A stretch of 63,538 nt of DNA, counting the filler, from Conidiobolus incongruus B7586 (taxonomy: Eukaryota), in NCBI GenBank assembly GCA_000697335.1. It is 7 parts of 7 records of this genome, joined end to end, with 100 filler letters (N's around TTAATTAATTAA, not from the genome) between each part and the next. Parts side by side here need not be neighbours in the genome. Positions count along the whole stretch, not along the records: positions 35,588 to 50,074 come from JNEM01006333.1; positions 50,175 to 56,930 come from JNEM01006334.1; 5 more parts are not named here. One strand, written 5' to 3'. A model generated the notes under the pieces. It saw nothing but the letters and a program-made list of their open reading frames with translations, did not search any database and had not been told where the DNA came from. The translations under genes and the position numbers were made by a program. Position 1 is the stretch's first letter. Every line of letters begins with the position of its first letter. Below are positions 38,401 through 52,965 of this stretch, piece by piece.

Positions 38401-40483
38401 TGTATCATATTGTGTTTAACCACTGCTTATTTATTATTACTAATCAAACTTTTAATTATCCAAGTAATTTTTCAAAAGTCTTTAAATTATAAAAATTTGA
38501 TTTCTAATTTAAGAATTTGTGTCAAATATCAAATATGTTATAATTTCAAGATTTTTTTTCAATATTTCAAGTCCAAATTGGTAAAATGATTTTATACAAT
38601 TATACATCCAAATGGATAATTTAAAATTCTTAAAAATGTAATTGGATAAAAATATTTGTATATATGATATATACCACGATACAAAATTTTAATTAATATT
38701 TTATTGGATTAGGAAACAATAATTGTTAGAAATAAGGATTGGAGATTATATAAAATAACCAATTCAAAAGTAACATTATACTTTGAGAAAATATAAGTTG
38801 ATTACAATACATATTAAAAGTGAAGATTCATTAAAATATATTGAAAACTTGATGATTGTCAAATAATACTATAGCTTTTTTCTGAAAATTTATTGAATTC
38901 ATTTTTATTATACTTCAAAACATTATACTCGAATTATATGATTACATTATATTGGGTTTGACTCGATAGATTTATCATAGATATCAAATTATCTTCGAAT
39001 TTATTAAATCTTATTTAATATTATATATGTTTGAATATTATAGAAAAACGTAATAAATAAGTTTGATTCAAATACTCAAAGTAATAAAAGCAATCTCCCA
39101 TACTTCAAATACATCAATCCAATATCAATACTGAGTACTGATTGATCTATATATCCCAAAAAAGTGATCAAAAATTTTTCAGGAGACTGAATATTTGTTA
39201 TAATTAATGAATATTTTCTAATGTTCAAACTAATCATTGATTGCTGAAAATAAATTATTACAGTAATAAATTAATCCACCTTATAAAATGCTAGAATAAA
39301 ATCAAAATCAATTATATTAAAATATATTCAACATTGATCCTTATTTATAAACAATTATCATCTCTTCATCAAAATCGATATTTTAAAAGTTATCAAGCAT
39401 AAAAATTAATCTATATTCACATTTTATTTGGTTAATATAAAAAATATAAACAAGTTTAATTTTTAACATTTGATAAATTAATATGTAAAATTACACTTAT
39501 CACATCAATTTTATCAGAATTTGAAAAATGTTTAATTTAATTTGAATTAGTAAAATTTCTAAATTTAGAACTTTGACAAATATTAAAGTTTCATTAATTT
39601 TTGAATTTTTTTTTTCAAATTTTAATTAAAATAGGAGATACTCGAATTGGACATATGATTTTATTGATACAAATTCCTTACAATATGTTGGAGATATTAG
39701 TTAACAAAATAACGATTTGAGGGGGGAAGATAATATATTAAGAAGAAATATTGCTCTAAATCGAATTTGTACGGATGAAAACATGGATTTTGATCAAAAT
39801 TTTTATAGTCAACCTTATAATAGTTGAACATGAATAGATATTATTAATGGGTTATAATGATGATTGGTGGATATATATTAATATTTTGGATCGATTTATA
39901 TAGGGTTAAATGAATCCATTTTTTCCCTTTTCATTCCTTAACTCCCCCATCCTCTAATGATTGTGAATCATCAACTTAATTAGATCTAAACGATCATTCA
40001 ACTCACATTCCCCCATCCTAATTCAGAAAAAACTTTAGTTCAAGGGAACTTAAATAGACTATCATCGAGATCGGAGTTGACTATATGATTCATTGATGAC
40101 AATTATTTCAATAAAATTTCTGAAAATGCTATGCAAAAATCACTACAAAAATTCAACTTTTTACCAAATTGGTCCTAAAATTAAATCATGATATATTTGG
40201 ACCTTTATTAAAAAACAAATCTCATTGGAGTATAAATACTTTGCAAATCTCTATTATCTTTGATCAAATTTTTGCATTTGGATCGTAATATTCTTTCCAT
40301 CAATCTATTTAACAATTAAAGCCGTCTCTTTCTCTTTCTTGATTGTTCTCTCATCGCTTTGTTTTTGTACCTGTGTGATATCTTTAGTTAGATTAGTTTT
40401 TTCAAGTTCCCGAATCAAATAAACTCACTTCCAACTTTTATTTCTTTGTTCGACAAGTCTACATTCAGAATAATAAATACACA

Positions 40484-41107
40484 ATGAACTTGACACAACT
40501 TTGCGCTGAACCTACTATCTATAAAAGAGCTCAAAGCCATATGGATCACTGCTCTTATTCAAATGGAGACATTCAACTTCCATCCATTCATTCACTATTT
40601 CCAGATATATTTCCAGAAGGTGCTCATAAATATAGAACCCCATCTTCTACAGCGTGTTCAACTCCTTCTATAACCAACACTTCCCCAAAAATCCCTCATG
40701 ATGACTCTATCAACTCTTCATCCAACCTCTCTTCACAATCACCTGCTGAGACCAGCGAGATGACTGTAGAAGACGGGATGATTTGCACATCTTTTAGTTT
40801 GGATCAGAGTTTGTCTGACCTACCGTCAGACTGCTTTAAAGTGCTTGTACCTTCAGGTCATCGACCTCTGGCACCTAAACGCAAGCGGGTCAACGCTAAG
40901 CAACTTGAAGTACTTCAAAAGATTTATCAAGTTAACAAATTCCCTAACGCTGCTCTCAGGGAGCAACTTGCAAAGCAGCTAGGAATGACGACTCGGGGAG
41001 TACAGATCTGGTTTCAAAACCAACGCCAGGGAGCTAAAGAGCGTTCAAAAGGAGAAAAGCATTTAACTTCTTCATCACCTCCCCACCAATACAAAATGGT
41101 CTATTAA
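40484..41107 (+). CDS. Homeodomain transcription factor
   Basis: KRKRVNAKQLEVLQKIYQVNKFPNAALREQLAKQLGMTTRGVQIWFQNQRQ in an intronless 207-aa ORF. Confidence 0.93.
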   Translation: MNLTQLCAEPTIYKRAQSHMDHCSYSNGDIQLPSIHSLFPDIFPEGAHKYRTPSSTACSTPSITNTSPKIPHDDSINSSSNLSSQSPAETSEMTVEDGMICTSFSLDQSLSDLPSDCFKVLVPSGHRPLAPKRKRVNAKQLEVLQKIYQVNKFPNAALREQLAKQLGMTTRGVQIWFQNQRQGAKERSKGEKHLTSSSPPHQYKMVY

Positions 41108-41850
41108 ACTCGTTGAAGATGCTAATTTAATATTTCATTGTGCATTGCTGACTTGATTAATTTTCAATTCGGCGATTTTCCCATCCAACCACTTCATCTG
41201 ACCAACGAGCTAATAGAATGCTTCCAATTTATCCAATCGCTCCTCCTTCCAATCCATGGCTTCAATCCAATTATTACATTTTCATCGTCACGTTTATAAT
41301 ACTTGAAATTAGCTCTATTTGTATTTCTGAATCAATCACCTATATCCACACCTCGTCAGCTATTGGCCCACTCACTACCACTCTTCCCCACCATTTGCAT
41401 CCCTATTTATTTAGAATTATTAGATATCTCTTCTAGATATTTTGAAACTCCATAAGCGACTTTCTTCAAGATACACGCTTACTCAAATCACTAAAATACA
41501 AAATTAATTCCACTAGAAGATCACTTTCACTCGCTTCAAATCATATTAATATGATTTTAAAAATTTGTTATATATAAAATAAGTTAGTTACTAACATAAT
41601 AAAATATTTTAAAATTTTTTAATCAAATTTGGTTTATTTTGAATTCAAATATTATTTAAATTTTAAACAAAAATTTTTATCAATATAATTTTTATTTTGA
41701 GATAGGAGAATAAATTTTGATTTGATAATTTTTATCCCAATATGGTCTCATATTTGATTATTTTCCTAATTTGTAACTTAAAAAATTATAATTTGTTTTA
41801 GATATTCTTTAAAAATTAATTAGGGATTATCATTGAGTTTCTCAAATAAA

Positions 41851-41881
<31 letters not shown>
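41851..41881. repeat. (ATT)n microsatellite
   Basis: About 10 perfect ATT units. Confidence 0.9.
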
Positions 41882-41885
<4 letters not shown>

Positions 41886-44800
41886 ATTTATTAGTTAAAA
41901 AAATAAATTTTTACAACTATTATGTCAGTATATTGTAATCAACTTAAAATTCAATTTTCCATAAATTTTATAAAGTTGAAGTTACTAAATATAGAATATG
42001 AAACGATATAACTAAAACAATTTAATTGTAGTTTGACGATGATGCCGATAAGTGAGATTATATTTCATCAGAGGACATTGAGTGAAAATATAAGGGTGAA
42101 AACAACTTGTTAGATATAATAATTTAATTTATACTTTAAAATATCATAAATTATCTCTTAACATTATTGATATAATAAATAATATTAAATATAGCCAATC
42201 AAATTGTATTAATATTATTAAAAAAAATTTTAAATTAACACCTTTTAAAATTTAAATATAAATTAGTTATATATTTACTTCATATGATTAAGTGTAATAA
42301 GTTTATTAAAAAAGAAATTAATTGATTTTAATTATAGTTTTTCTAATTGGATTATATTATCAAAATTGGAAAAAAATATTAATTTGATAATTATTAAATT
42401 AGGTATAGTATATGAAAAAAAACTTTTATAATAATAAATTTAACTAAAGATTCAAAATTCAAATATTTATAAAGTACTTAAATTAACAAAATAATATATT
42501 TTATATAATTCAGCTAATGTAATTAAGATGACACTGTATTATCTTAATGAAAATTACCTAAATTCAATATAATTTTTTTTAATTGACAAAATCTAAAACT
42601 AGACAATTTTTATTATGAATTTCTACAAATAAATTACTACAAAAATACCGATTATGAGAAAAATACATCATAAACTAATTTTTCTAAAATCAGGAATATT
42701 TTAATTTATTTATAGGTCTCAAATTTAATTATTGTTAAATCAGTATCTTTTGTATAACTAAAGTTTTTAGCCAAATTTTCTATTTTATTTTTTAAGTTAT
42801 TTGAAATTATTATAAGTGAAATCTAATTATATCACTAGTTAATTAATTTTAATTAATTTAATTAAATATTTTGATTAGTTATTCAATTTCATTAAGGCTA
42901 TTCTAAATTCTCATTTAATTTTATATGTATTGATATATTAAACAATGTCAGATGTGTTAAAAATGATGAAAAATGAAATCATATGGAGGATTTTGAAGAT
43001 TTTTGGTAATATTCACAATATTTTGATTGGCTTATCACTCCTATATATCAATCTTATGAAACCCAGATACTGCTGATAAGTGTTCTGAATTTGGGTAAGT
43101 CAATCATTATCTAATACTTGGACCTATCATTAATTGATCATTGTTAATCTTTATATTTATAAGTGATCTCCATATATTTAAAGATAGAATATAATTTTTT
43201 CAAGATAATTATAATAGCATTATCATTTCATTATTTTAAATACCATATTTTTCAATCCTAATCCAAACTTAGTTTATTTTTAAAATTTTTATTGATATTA
43301 TTCAAAATTTATTTAATTTAAAATTTAAATAATTAATAATTATATTTATCAGGAACAGATACCTTTTAGAATAAATTTATTAATTTTAATTCATTCCAAT
43401 TTTTAATTCAAACCTAAATATATATCCTCACCAAATAAATAGAATATTAAATTAATAATAAAAATTTGATTTAATTTGACCAAAATTTTTATTAATAATA
43501 TATATCAATATAATATTTGAGTATTATAACTATTAAAACAGATTAATTTGTTTGGATATTAATTCAAATCAATATTTATAATTTAATAAGATAACTTTCT
43601 TTTTAGTATTTTATTAAATTAAAGGGATTTCCCCAATATTTCTATTTAAACTAATACTCCTATCTGCTTTGGTTAAGGTTTATAAACTAAAATTCAAGTT
43701 GGTTCACGTGTAGTTAATTTGCGAAAAAATTATAGAGAGATGAAAAGATGAGTAGAATAAATAAAAGCTGAAATATTATGCGATCTTATCCAATATGTTT
43801 GATTTTTATTTCCTCAAATACTCCAAGCATTGGATTTTTAGAGAAAAGCACCTTGAGTTAGGGCTACAAAAAACACAAAAAAGAAAATTTTTTTGATTAA
43901 ATAGTTATGATATATAGATTTATATTAATCAGTTCTTTTAATCATTCCATCCAAGCAGTTGTCCTTCTCAGCTAGAAATATATATATATCTGTCAGAGTA
44001 AATATTGAAATTATTTTTATAATTTATTCAAAGATTTTAAATATATTCAATTAAAATAATATCCTGATTATGAAATTAATTATAAATTATACAATATGTC
44101 ATAATTTTTAAAAAAAAAATAATTGGAAAAAACCTATGATTTTGACTTTTTGTAAAAAGATTAGATTTTATGATATATTGAAAATTTTACATATTGTTAA
44201 TTATTAAAATTAGTATTAAAACATCATTAATTAAAAGATGATGTTCTCTTAAAAATTGAAGGCTTTGAGTTGATTAATACTCAGATAATTGTGAAAATTC
44301 ATTCAAGCAAGAGATCAGATTTTCAGAATGATTACAAACAACATAATTACAACACAAAAATCAAAGCAAACTTAGCATGTAGCTCTAGGCAATATACAAT
44401 GAGAGGGTGAAGTCATTTGAATCAACTATCAATAGGTTATCATACTTCAAAGCTAAAAGAAATTAGTATCGACTTAAGTACATGATAGTAAGACCATATG
44501 GGATACTATTTCATATTATACATTTTTTCAAATGGGACACTTTAAATTTTTTCTAATAAAATAATTATTAAGTAATAATTATATTAGCTATGCGATTATG
44601 AAAAATGTCTCATTCAGGTAAAATCTTATATTTATTTAAAATATATATTGAAATATCCATAACTACAGTTGCATTATTATTATATAAAAGTTTCATCTAT
44701 TGGCTAATTCATTTAGATTATACCTTTAATGTTGTATCTATTAAACTTCACCATCAGATCTCATTAATAATTAGATATGAATTTCAATATAAATACCAAC

Positions 44801-46763
44801 CTTAAATCACTTTATTTCAATGGCAAAAGTAATTAGAGTTTAATATCTTAGATTTTTAAACCATTATCAATTGGCCTAAACTTATAAAATTCCAAGAAAT
44901 AATTCAGATAAAAAATTTTATTCCCTTTGCCCCTTTTTGAACTTAAAATTTTATACCCTCCCATTTGAACAATTGAATAGAATATACCTGAATTTTATTG
45001 GATAATAAAAAAATTTTTTTAATATGAAAATTATAATTAATTAAAAGGGTTTTATAATTTAATTTTTTTTCGATCAATTGATTCAAATTAATTTTATATG
45101 AAATTATATGAGACAAATACTAAATTGAATTAATATTAAAATTAAACAAAATTTCTCAAATCAAACTATATTGAAAGAGTGAAGTTTATTGACTTAATAC
45201 TATCTCAAATATAGTTATTGAATATACAGTACTTATAAGTAAAACATATATTATAGAGCCCCAAAATTAATATTGCTGACCACAATGCAGTACAAGTGGT
45301 CAAAGAAGAGAATATATTTTTTCATTGGATTCATAACTTGTTTGGTAAAAGAGATAATTGACAAAAGGATTTTAATTGGCAATAGAATAATCAAGAAATC
45401 TAATAGTTTATCGATTTAGTATTTGATCATAATTTTCGATTTAGTTTTGCTAGAATTTTAATTTGAATCAGTTGATTTAATTTAGAATTGCTGTTATTTA
45501 TTGGTTTATTATTCAGTTATTATTTTAGTTAATTTGAATTATTACCTAATTTTTTGATTGAATCAATTTTTGAAATTGTTTTCAGACATTTTATGAATCT
45601 GTATCAGTGTATTTTAATATTTTCTCTAAGTATTACAATGAGATTTCAAATAAACCTTTAGTTATTATTGAATCAAATCCCAAGCTCAATTGAAAATTTA
45701 TTTTTTATTTTTTTTTCAATATCAAGTTTGTTTATTTTTAATATAATATAATTTAATAATATTAATAAAATTAATAATTTAACTATTATAGTTTGTTGAT
45801 AATAATAAGACCAAATATTATTGGATTATAAACAATTTGCTTTATTCACTCTATTCTTTGCAATATCTAAGCGACATTTTAACTTTCGTTTATTTAAGTT
45901 TTATTATATAAATATAGTTCTAGTATTTCCAATTAAATTCAAAATAAACAATTTTCGAATAGATTCATATTAAATAATCAATTCATTACACTCCCTTCAG
46001 ATAAATTATATAAAAAAATTTTTCTATTATTCAAGAATAGAACTAATGATTCTTAATTATTCATAAATATTAAATATTCAAAGTTAGTCACTCTACTTTA
46101 ATTATATAGTAGTAAAAAAATTATGAACAGTAGATAAAAGTTATTTTGGTCATAAATATTATAAAATCGCCTAACTTTATTCTAGTGTAGTATAGTGAAT
46201 TAATCCAAGCATTCTATCGATATTTGGACATAAATAAATTTAATAAGACCAAATATGTATATATGTCAAAAATTACAAAATTTCTTATATTATAAAGGAT
46301 ATTAGTTTATATATATATTTCAAAAATTAATATAAATTATTATATTAAAAAAATAAAAGTCAATTAATATGTTTTATATAATTAACCTAATTTAATTAAT
46401 TTTTAATTGAAAATAATATAAAAACAATTATTTATGAAAATAATAAATAAAAATATTATAATATTTGAAAAGTATTTTTATAAAAGATTATATTCAATAT
46501 ATTGATATTTAAAATATATATTTAGAAATAATATTAATTTTAATCAGACTTTCAAAATATTATAAATTTTTTATTAAAAATCCATACTATATATAAAATA
46601 AAATTTAAATTAATAATTTATTTAATTAATAAATATTATTATATTTTGATAATAAAATATTATTCATATAATTACAAATTATTTGTTATTTTTATAATTT
46701 AGTATATATTATCAAAAAATTTAATATTTTATTAAAATTATTTTTTATCTAATTATAAGATTA

Positions 46764-49447
46764 TATTAAAAGACTAGTTCTCTAAATTTTTATATATATT
46801 TTCCTATAATTTAATTAACTATAAATTATATGATTAATTTATACTTTTATAACTAAATTAATTATATAAATAATATTAAATTATCTAATAAATTAGGTTC
46901 TTCTTTTTTTCTGTCAATTCTTACTATTTTTTATCTTTTTCACTATTTCTATGATTGAGACTATATCTTAGTAGTATTATAGTATATTAGCACTACCTAA
47001 TATAAATCTTAATATATCAGTGACTCATCCCAGTTTGAAGCTTAATTAAATGTTATTTACATTTATACACTATAGCTATATTATAATATTATATTTTATG
47101 TTATATTATTTTTATATTATTTTTATATTAAATTTTCCTCTATATTATATTAGTATTTACCACTATATTTATATAGTAATAGTAATAAAATTATTAAAAA
47201 CTATTTGAAATTAATAATTACCTATATTAAATTTATTTATTATTATTTTAAATCCTATTTATAACTTATTTTATTTTAATTTAATATTATACATTATAAT
47301 ATCTCTAAAAAAAGAAATACCCTTATATTATTTTAATAATAATAATAGCTTAATTACTAAGTGAATCTAAGACTTTAGTCTTTAAAAGCTTATTACCCTC
47401 TAAAAAACTAATATTAAATAACTTTTGGTTAAGAAAAACATAGCTTCAAAAGTTTAAATCTAACAAACCAGTTATTTCATTACAGTTAATATATTAAACT
47501 ACCTTTTTAATATTTTTAAAAACAAATTAACCATTTATAATAGATTTAAAAACTTTTATAAGCTTGAAAACTATCTTAAAAATATAAAAAATGCCTTAAT
47601 TTAATTCCTGATGAAGATTTAAAAAATATCCTTAAATTAGTTATTTTTTTAGAAAAACTTATTTATACTCAGTATTTAACTTATTACAAGCTTAATCCTA
47701 AAGAGTTTTTAGGGGGATAACTTATTATAAGTATATAAACCTTTAAATAATTGGAAAAAGTTATAAAAAAAAGGTATTATTTAAAAGATTAAGTTTAATT
47801 AACAAGAGAAAAGCTTTCTTAACTTAAATAAAAAACTTTTATAAAATAATTGATTGAGAAATTCAATAAGATATATTTAAATATATTAAATATCACTAAA
47901 GAAGAATAAATCCACAACCTATTATAATATCTTAACTTTTAAATAAAACTTTAATTAATTAGCAAGGAATATATTGATAATATGTTTTTCTCTAATATTT
48001 ATAATATAACAATTATAATTGATAATATCTTTTACTCTATAACTAAATTTTTTATCTTAAGGATTACTCTTTTAAAATTTATTTTAACCCACTTAAATCT
48101 TAAATGATAAAAGTTTTTGCTTTAAAGCTTTATAAAAAAATTATTAATAAAAAAGTTAAAGCTTATTTAAAAATAAATAAAGGTTGTTATTATAGCTAAA
48201 GGATATAAATTAATTATAAAATTGATAAGTATCTTCTCAAAAGGTAATATCTATTTAATTTTCAATAATCTTAATTTACCAACTATAAATTAAACTTGAA
48301 TAATATTAATATCACCTTAAAATTACCTCTTTCATAATTAATTAACAGATTTTAATTTAATCCACAAAAATTTTAATAAACTAATGATTCTACAAATTAA
48401 ATTATTTATACTAAAAAGATTTAATTAATTAAACTACTAGAAACTAAAAATATTTTAGTAACTAATTTACCTTGTAATTTTTTACCTTTAACTATCACCT
48501 TGTTATTTTTTTTAACTAGATATTTTATAGATATACTTGTTAATATATTAATTAACTTTAGTTGTTTTAGTTATATTATCTCTTCTTTTATTGTTATAGA
48601 ATTATCTTTAGTTATTTAAAAAAACAGCTTAATAATTAAATATGCTAATAATTTAATAAAATAAACATTTAATATTATATCTAAATATTTATTATTATTT
48701 TTTAATTACTCTTAATATATTCAATTCATAATTAGTAATATAAGTTATAATTTTATACTAGGTTAAAATTAGTTTAAATATTATAGTTTTTTATCTATAA
48801 ATATTATTATAAAAGGTTACAAATCTATTTTTTTTATATTTTAAAAGAAATTAATAGAATTAATCTTAAAAAATTTATATTACCTTATTATAAAACTATC
48901 AAATATTTTATTTAATACTAAATTTATAATTATCTCAAATAATGTTATTATTGTAAGTAAAAACAAATATAAAAAACTAATTAAAAACCTTAATAATTTA
49001 TAAAGATATATATTTGTTTATTATTTATCTATTAATACTTTATTTGTTAATTTCAATAAAGTTATAACTAATAACTATTTCTTATATAATAAAGTAAGTT
49101 AATTTATTAATGTTTTTAAACTTCTAAGTAAATTACCTTTAAAACATAATATTAAATATAAAATTTAACTTCTCTTAAGTATACAACTATATTTAAAGTT
49201 TTTTTATCATTTATCTCTAAAATAATATCAAACTTTAAAAGAAGAAATCTAAAAATTATTTGAAAATGAATATATTAAACCTTCTTCCTTACTATAAAAA
49301 TCTCTTATTTTCTTTGTGTAAAAGGATAATGATAGTTAAAAATAATATATATATAATTGTGTTTTAAAGTCTAAAACTGTTAAGGATAAAACTTTATTAT
49401 TAAACCTATATGATATTAAAGATAAAATATTTAAATCTATTATATTC
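46764..49447 (+). mobile_element. Highly degenerate Ty3/Gypsy LTR retrotransposon (family G): 5' LTR 46764-47173, eroded PBS, gag-pol remnant up to the start of RT
   Basis: The LTR is homologous to other G copies and is followed by TAGTAATAGTA (eroded TGGTAGCAGCA). 49200-49430 reads YHLSLK*YQTLKEEI*KLFENEYIKPSSLL*KSLIFFV*KDNDS*K..YNCVLKSKTVKDKTLL, matching the Gypsy RT start (I.PS.SPW.SP.FFV.K.DG..R.C.DYR.LN..T.KD..PLP). Confidence 0.85.
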
Positions 49448-50074
49448 TGTTAAGAGACTAGTTCTCTAAATTCTTATATATATTTTTATATAATTTAATT
49501 AACTATAAATTATATGATTAATTTATACTTTTATAACTAAATTAATTGTATAAATAGCATTGAATTATCTAATAAACTAGGTTCCTCTTTTTTCCTCTCA
49601 ATTCTTACTATTTTTACTTTTACACTATTTCTAAGATTGAGACTATATTCTGTTGATATTGTAGGATATTGGCACTACCTAATATAAATCTTATATATAT
49701 TTTTATATAATTTAATTAACTATAAATTATATGATTAATTTATACTTTTATAACTAAATTAATTGTATAAATAGCATTGAATTATCTAATAAACTAGGTT
49801 CCTCTTTTTTCCTCTCAATTCTTACTATTTTTACTTTTACACTATTTCTAAGATTGAGACTATATTCTGTTGATATTGTAGGATATTGGCACTACCTAAT
49901 ATAAATCTTAATATATCAGTGACTCACCCTAGTTCAAAGCTTAATTAAACTTTGTTTACACTTGCACACTACAGCCATGTTATATTACCATGTTCTGTGC
50001 CACACTACTTTTATATTAAGTCTTCCTCTACACTATATTAGTTTAACTACCACTACACTTATATGGTAGCAGCA
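49448..50074 (+). mobile_element. Younger family-G 5' LTR (49448-50063, with an internal 217-bp tandem duplication) plus PBS, nested in the RT of the older element
   Basis: Starts TGTTAAGAGACTAG, with TGGTAGCAGCA at 50064-50074 directly after the LTR (initiator-Met-type PBS). The sequence then runs into a gap. Confidence 0.85.
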
Positions 50075-50973
50075 NNNNNNNNNNNNNNNNNNNNNNNNNN
50101 NNNNNNNNNNNNNNNNNNTTAATTAATTAANNNNNNNNNNNNNNNNNNNNNNNNNNNNNNNNNNNNNNNNNNNNTTATATTATAGAGTTAATTAATATAT
50201 AAATAAATTTTTTCAAAAAGGGATTTGAGTATTTTAATATTATTATTATTTAAAATGATAATTTAAAATAAAAATATTAGTATATATATAATTTAGTAAA
50301 AAAAAATTTAAATAATTATTGTTTTATATACCTTTTTAACTTATAAGCCTATAAATTTATAATTCATCTTATTTAAAATTTAAGATTTAATATATTAAAT
50401 ATAATTAAATAATATGTATTATAATCAAATATTATATTTTAATTTAAATAAATTTAGTTAAGAATTTTTTAAATTATTAGTAAATATATAAGGGACTTTA
50501 ATTTTATTACTTATTTTTGCAAGTTAGTATATATATATATATATATTTGGTAAATTATATATTATTTTTGATTTGAGGATAAATTAATAATAATAATTAT
50601 TTTAATAAATTTTTATATTTGATTAAGTATTTTATTTAAGATAAATATGACTTCAAAATACAATACATGAAAAAATTATTCTATTGCAATAATTTAAGCT
50701 ATTATATACAAAATGTAAAAGTATCATTGTATTGATTCAAAAATCTGAAGCCAATTATTTCTAATTTGTCCATTTTATAAGAAATATATCAATAACCTCA
50801 ATATATCAGTCATCATTTTCTCAAGTGAAATTATTTTGTTAATAAAATATAGATTATTATTAAATATTTTATTAATGTAATCAATAATCAAATACTGCAA
50901 AATATATATACTAAGTGATAATACAAATTATTAATAGTATCATCAATTCATTTATTATCACAAATAATATATT

Positions 50974-51117
50974 ATCAAATCCATATTTGTAAAAATTTTC
51001 ACCTTAGTTGCTTCTTTATTCCGCATGGCTATGGCAGTAACCGTGGTTGTGGCACCTACTCTCTTTGATACTAATTAAGCAGTTGGAAGTATTGGTTCTT
51101 CTAGAAATATTGTATAA
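50974..51117 (+). pseudogene. Pseudogene of the small secreted peptide family (paralog of 52034 and 54521)
   Basis: Reads (I)KSIFVKIFTLVASLFRMAMAVTVVVAPTLFDTN*AVGSIGSSRNIV*. ATC stands at the expected ATG and TAA at the conserved Gln. Confidence 0.65.
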
Positions 51118-52033
51118 ATCTAATTATAATCATTATATAGCAATCACTTTTCAACCTCATCCTTGCAAAATTCTGAAAATTAAATAAATTAAAATATAGA
51201 TTATCATATTACTTTCTTTGGTAAATTTAGAAATGCGGCTCTATAATAACATTCAATAGTTATGAATTTAAATATATTAAATTGATATATTATAAAGATA
51301 ATATAATCACAAATTTAATGGTATCTGATAAAAGTGTCCAATCACCTCATTTTGGTCATTGATTTATAGCGTTGAATACATCTTTGAAATTGCTTGGTAA
51401 TAATAGTGATTAGTAATAAAATGCATATATAAATTATATACTCACTATATTGATTATATATAAATTCATTAAGCTTTCATTTTAAACTACTCAGGTTAAG
51501 CGACAATTATTATATTATTAATTATAAATTTTGAAAGTGAAAATTGATATAAAAGTATAAATAAAAATTTTAGACATTTAATATCTTTCAATTTAATAAT
51601 ATTATTTTTTAATATTGCTATCAATATTTTTTTTATTTATAAAAGATTTTATGAAAAATTATCCATCAAGAATTTGTTATTTATTGTCCAGTAATTATTA
51701 CAGAATATCACAACTCAAATTATTATACCCTCATTTAATGAACTCATTAACTGCTAAGAATATAATGATAAATTAAATTATATATTGATTTAGGAAAATT
51801 CTAATAATTTGAATATAAAGTATATGATATGAAAGTTATATTACCGAATATTATCAATTCTAAGGAAATTTTATTTATAAAAACCGTTAAAATTTTTTTA
51901 ATAAAATAATAAAAATCTCCTTAAGATTTTTGTAGATGTGACAATTAGATTAAATTCAAATTGAAATATAAATGATTAAGTAATAAGAAAAGTTGTGATA
52001 ATTTTGAATTATTTAATTATTTAACCACTTATT

Positions 52034-52195
52034 ATGAATTTTGTAATTACTCAGATTTTTGTGTTTTTGCTATCGGCTTCAATTTGGTCATTGCCTACTG
52101 GTGATAGTTTAACTCCAACACTCTTCGAAGCTAAACAAGCTATTGGAAATGTATCAAGTTCTACAAATATTGTTGATAATTCTGGCGATTTTTAA
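52034..52195 (+). CDS. Small secreted peptide precursor, 53 aa (below the ORF-track cutoff)
   Basis: MNFVITQIFVFLLSASIWS-LPTGDSLTPTLFEAKQAIGNVSSSTNIVDNSGDF*: a signal-peptide-like N-terminus plus a core shared with 54521-54853. Confidence 0.75.
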   Translation: MNFVITQIFVFLLSASIWSLPTGDSLTPTLFEAKQAIGNVSSSTNIVDNSGDF

Positions 52196-52965
52196 AGTTG
52201 GATATTAAAATCAATTATTTCTTATTAACTATGATTTTTTACATCGGTATCATAATATTTCAACAATCCTTTATTGAGTAATAAAATAATAGGAAAGTAT
52301 TAATAACATATTTGCGTTATATTAATTTTCTTATTAATATGGCTGATCAAAATTTTGATATTGAAATGATACAGTTGATATTATTCAACTTGGTCTATTA
52401 TATTTTTGTTGATACTTTTTTAATAATGAGATTTTACAATATTTTATTATTCTTTCAAACTTGAATATTGATAATTCACTTAATTTTTTGGACCAAATAC
52501 TAATAAAAATTTAATATATTTGAAAAAGCTATGATTGTATATTTAAGTATTTTTTATTTCTAATCTTTAGTGCATCATATAAGGATTCAATTAGTTTGCT
52601 AAATTCTATTAAATTTTAATTCTCCAAATTTCATAACTTGGAAATTTGATAAAATTATCTAAATTATTTTTCAAGTATAGTTGATATATACCATACATTA
52701 AATATAAAAGAATTATATGTAATATATTACTTATTGATTATTGGAAAAAATTAAGTTGTTCAAATTTTGAAATTATTGAAGTTTTTATGGTATTGAGAAC
52801 TCTAGGATTGTAAAATAACATGATTTTTATAATATATTAAGTGTTATATAATAAGAATAAAATAAGATAAGATAAAGAAACAGAGGTACATTTGAACCTA
52901 AAAAAGTTGTTGTTAAAAAAGGTAGTAAAAAATTAATAATGAAACAATTATTTAAGTATCAAAAA

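Noticed and set aside
41218..41436. 72-aa ORF downstream of the homeobox gene
   Set aside because: It lies in a C/T-rich probable 3' UTR and shows no homology or motif.
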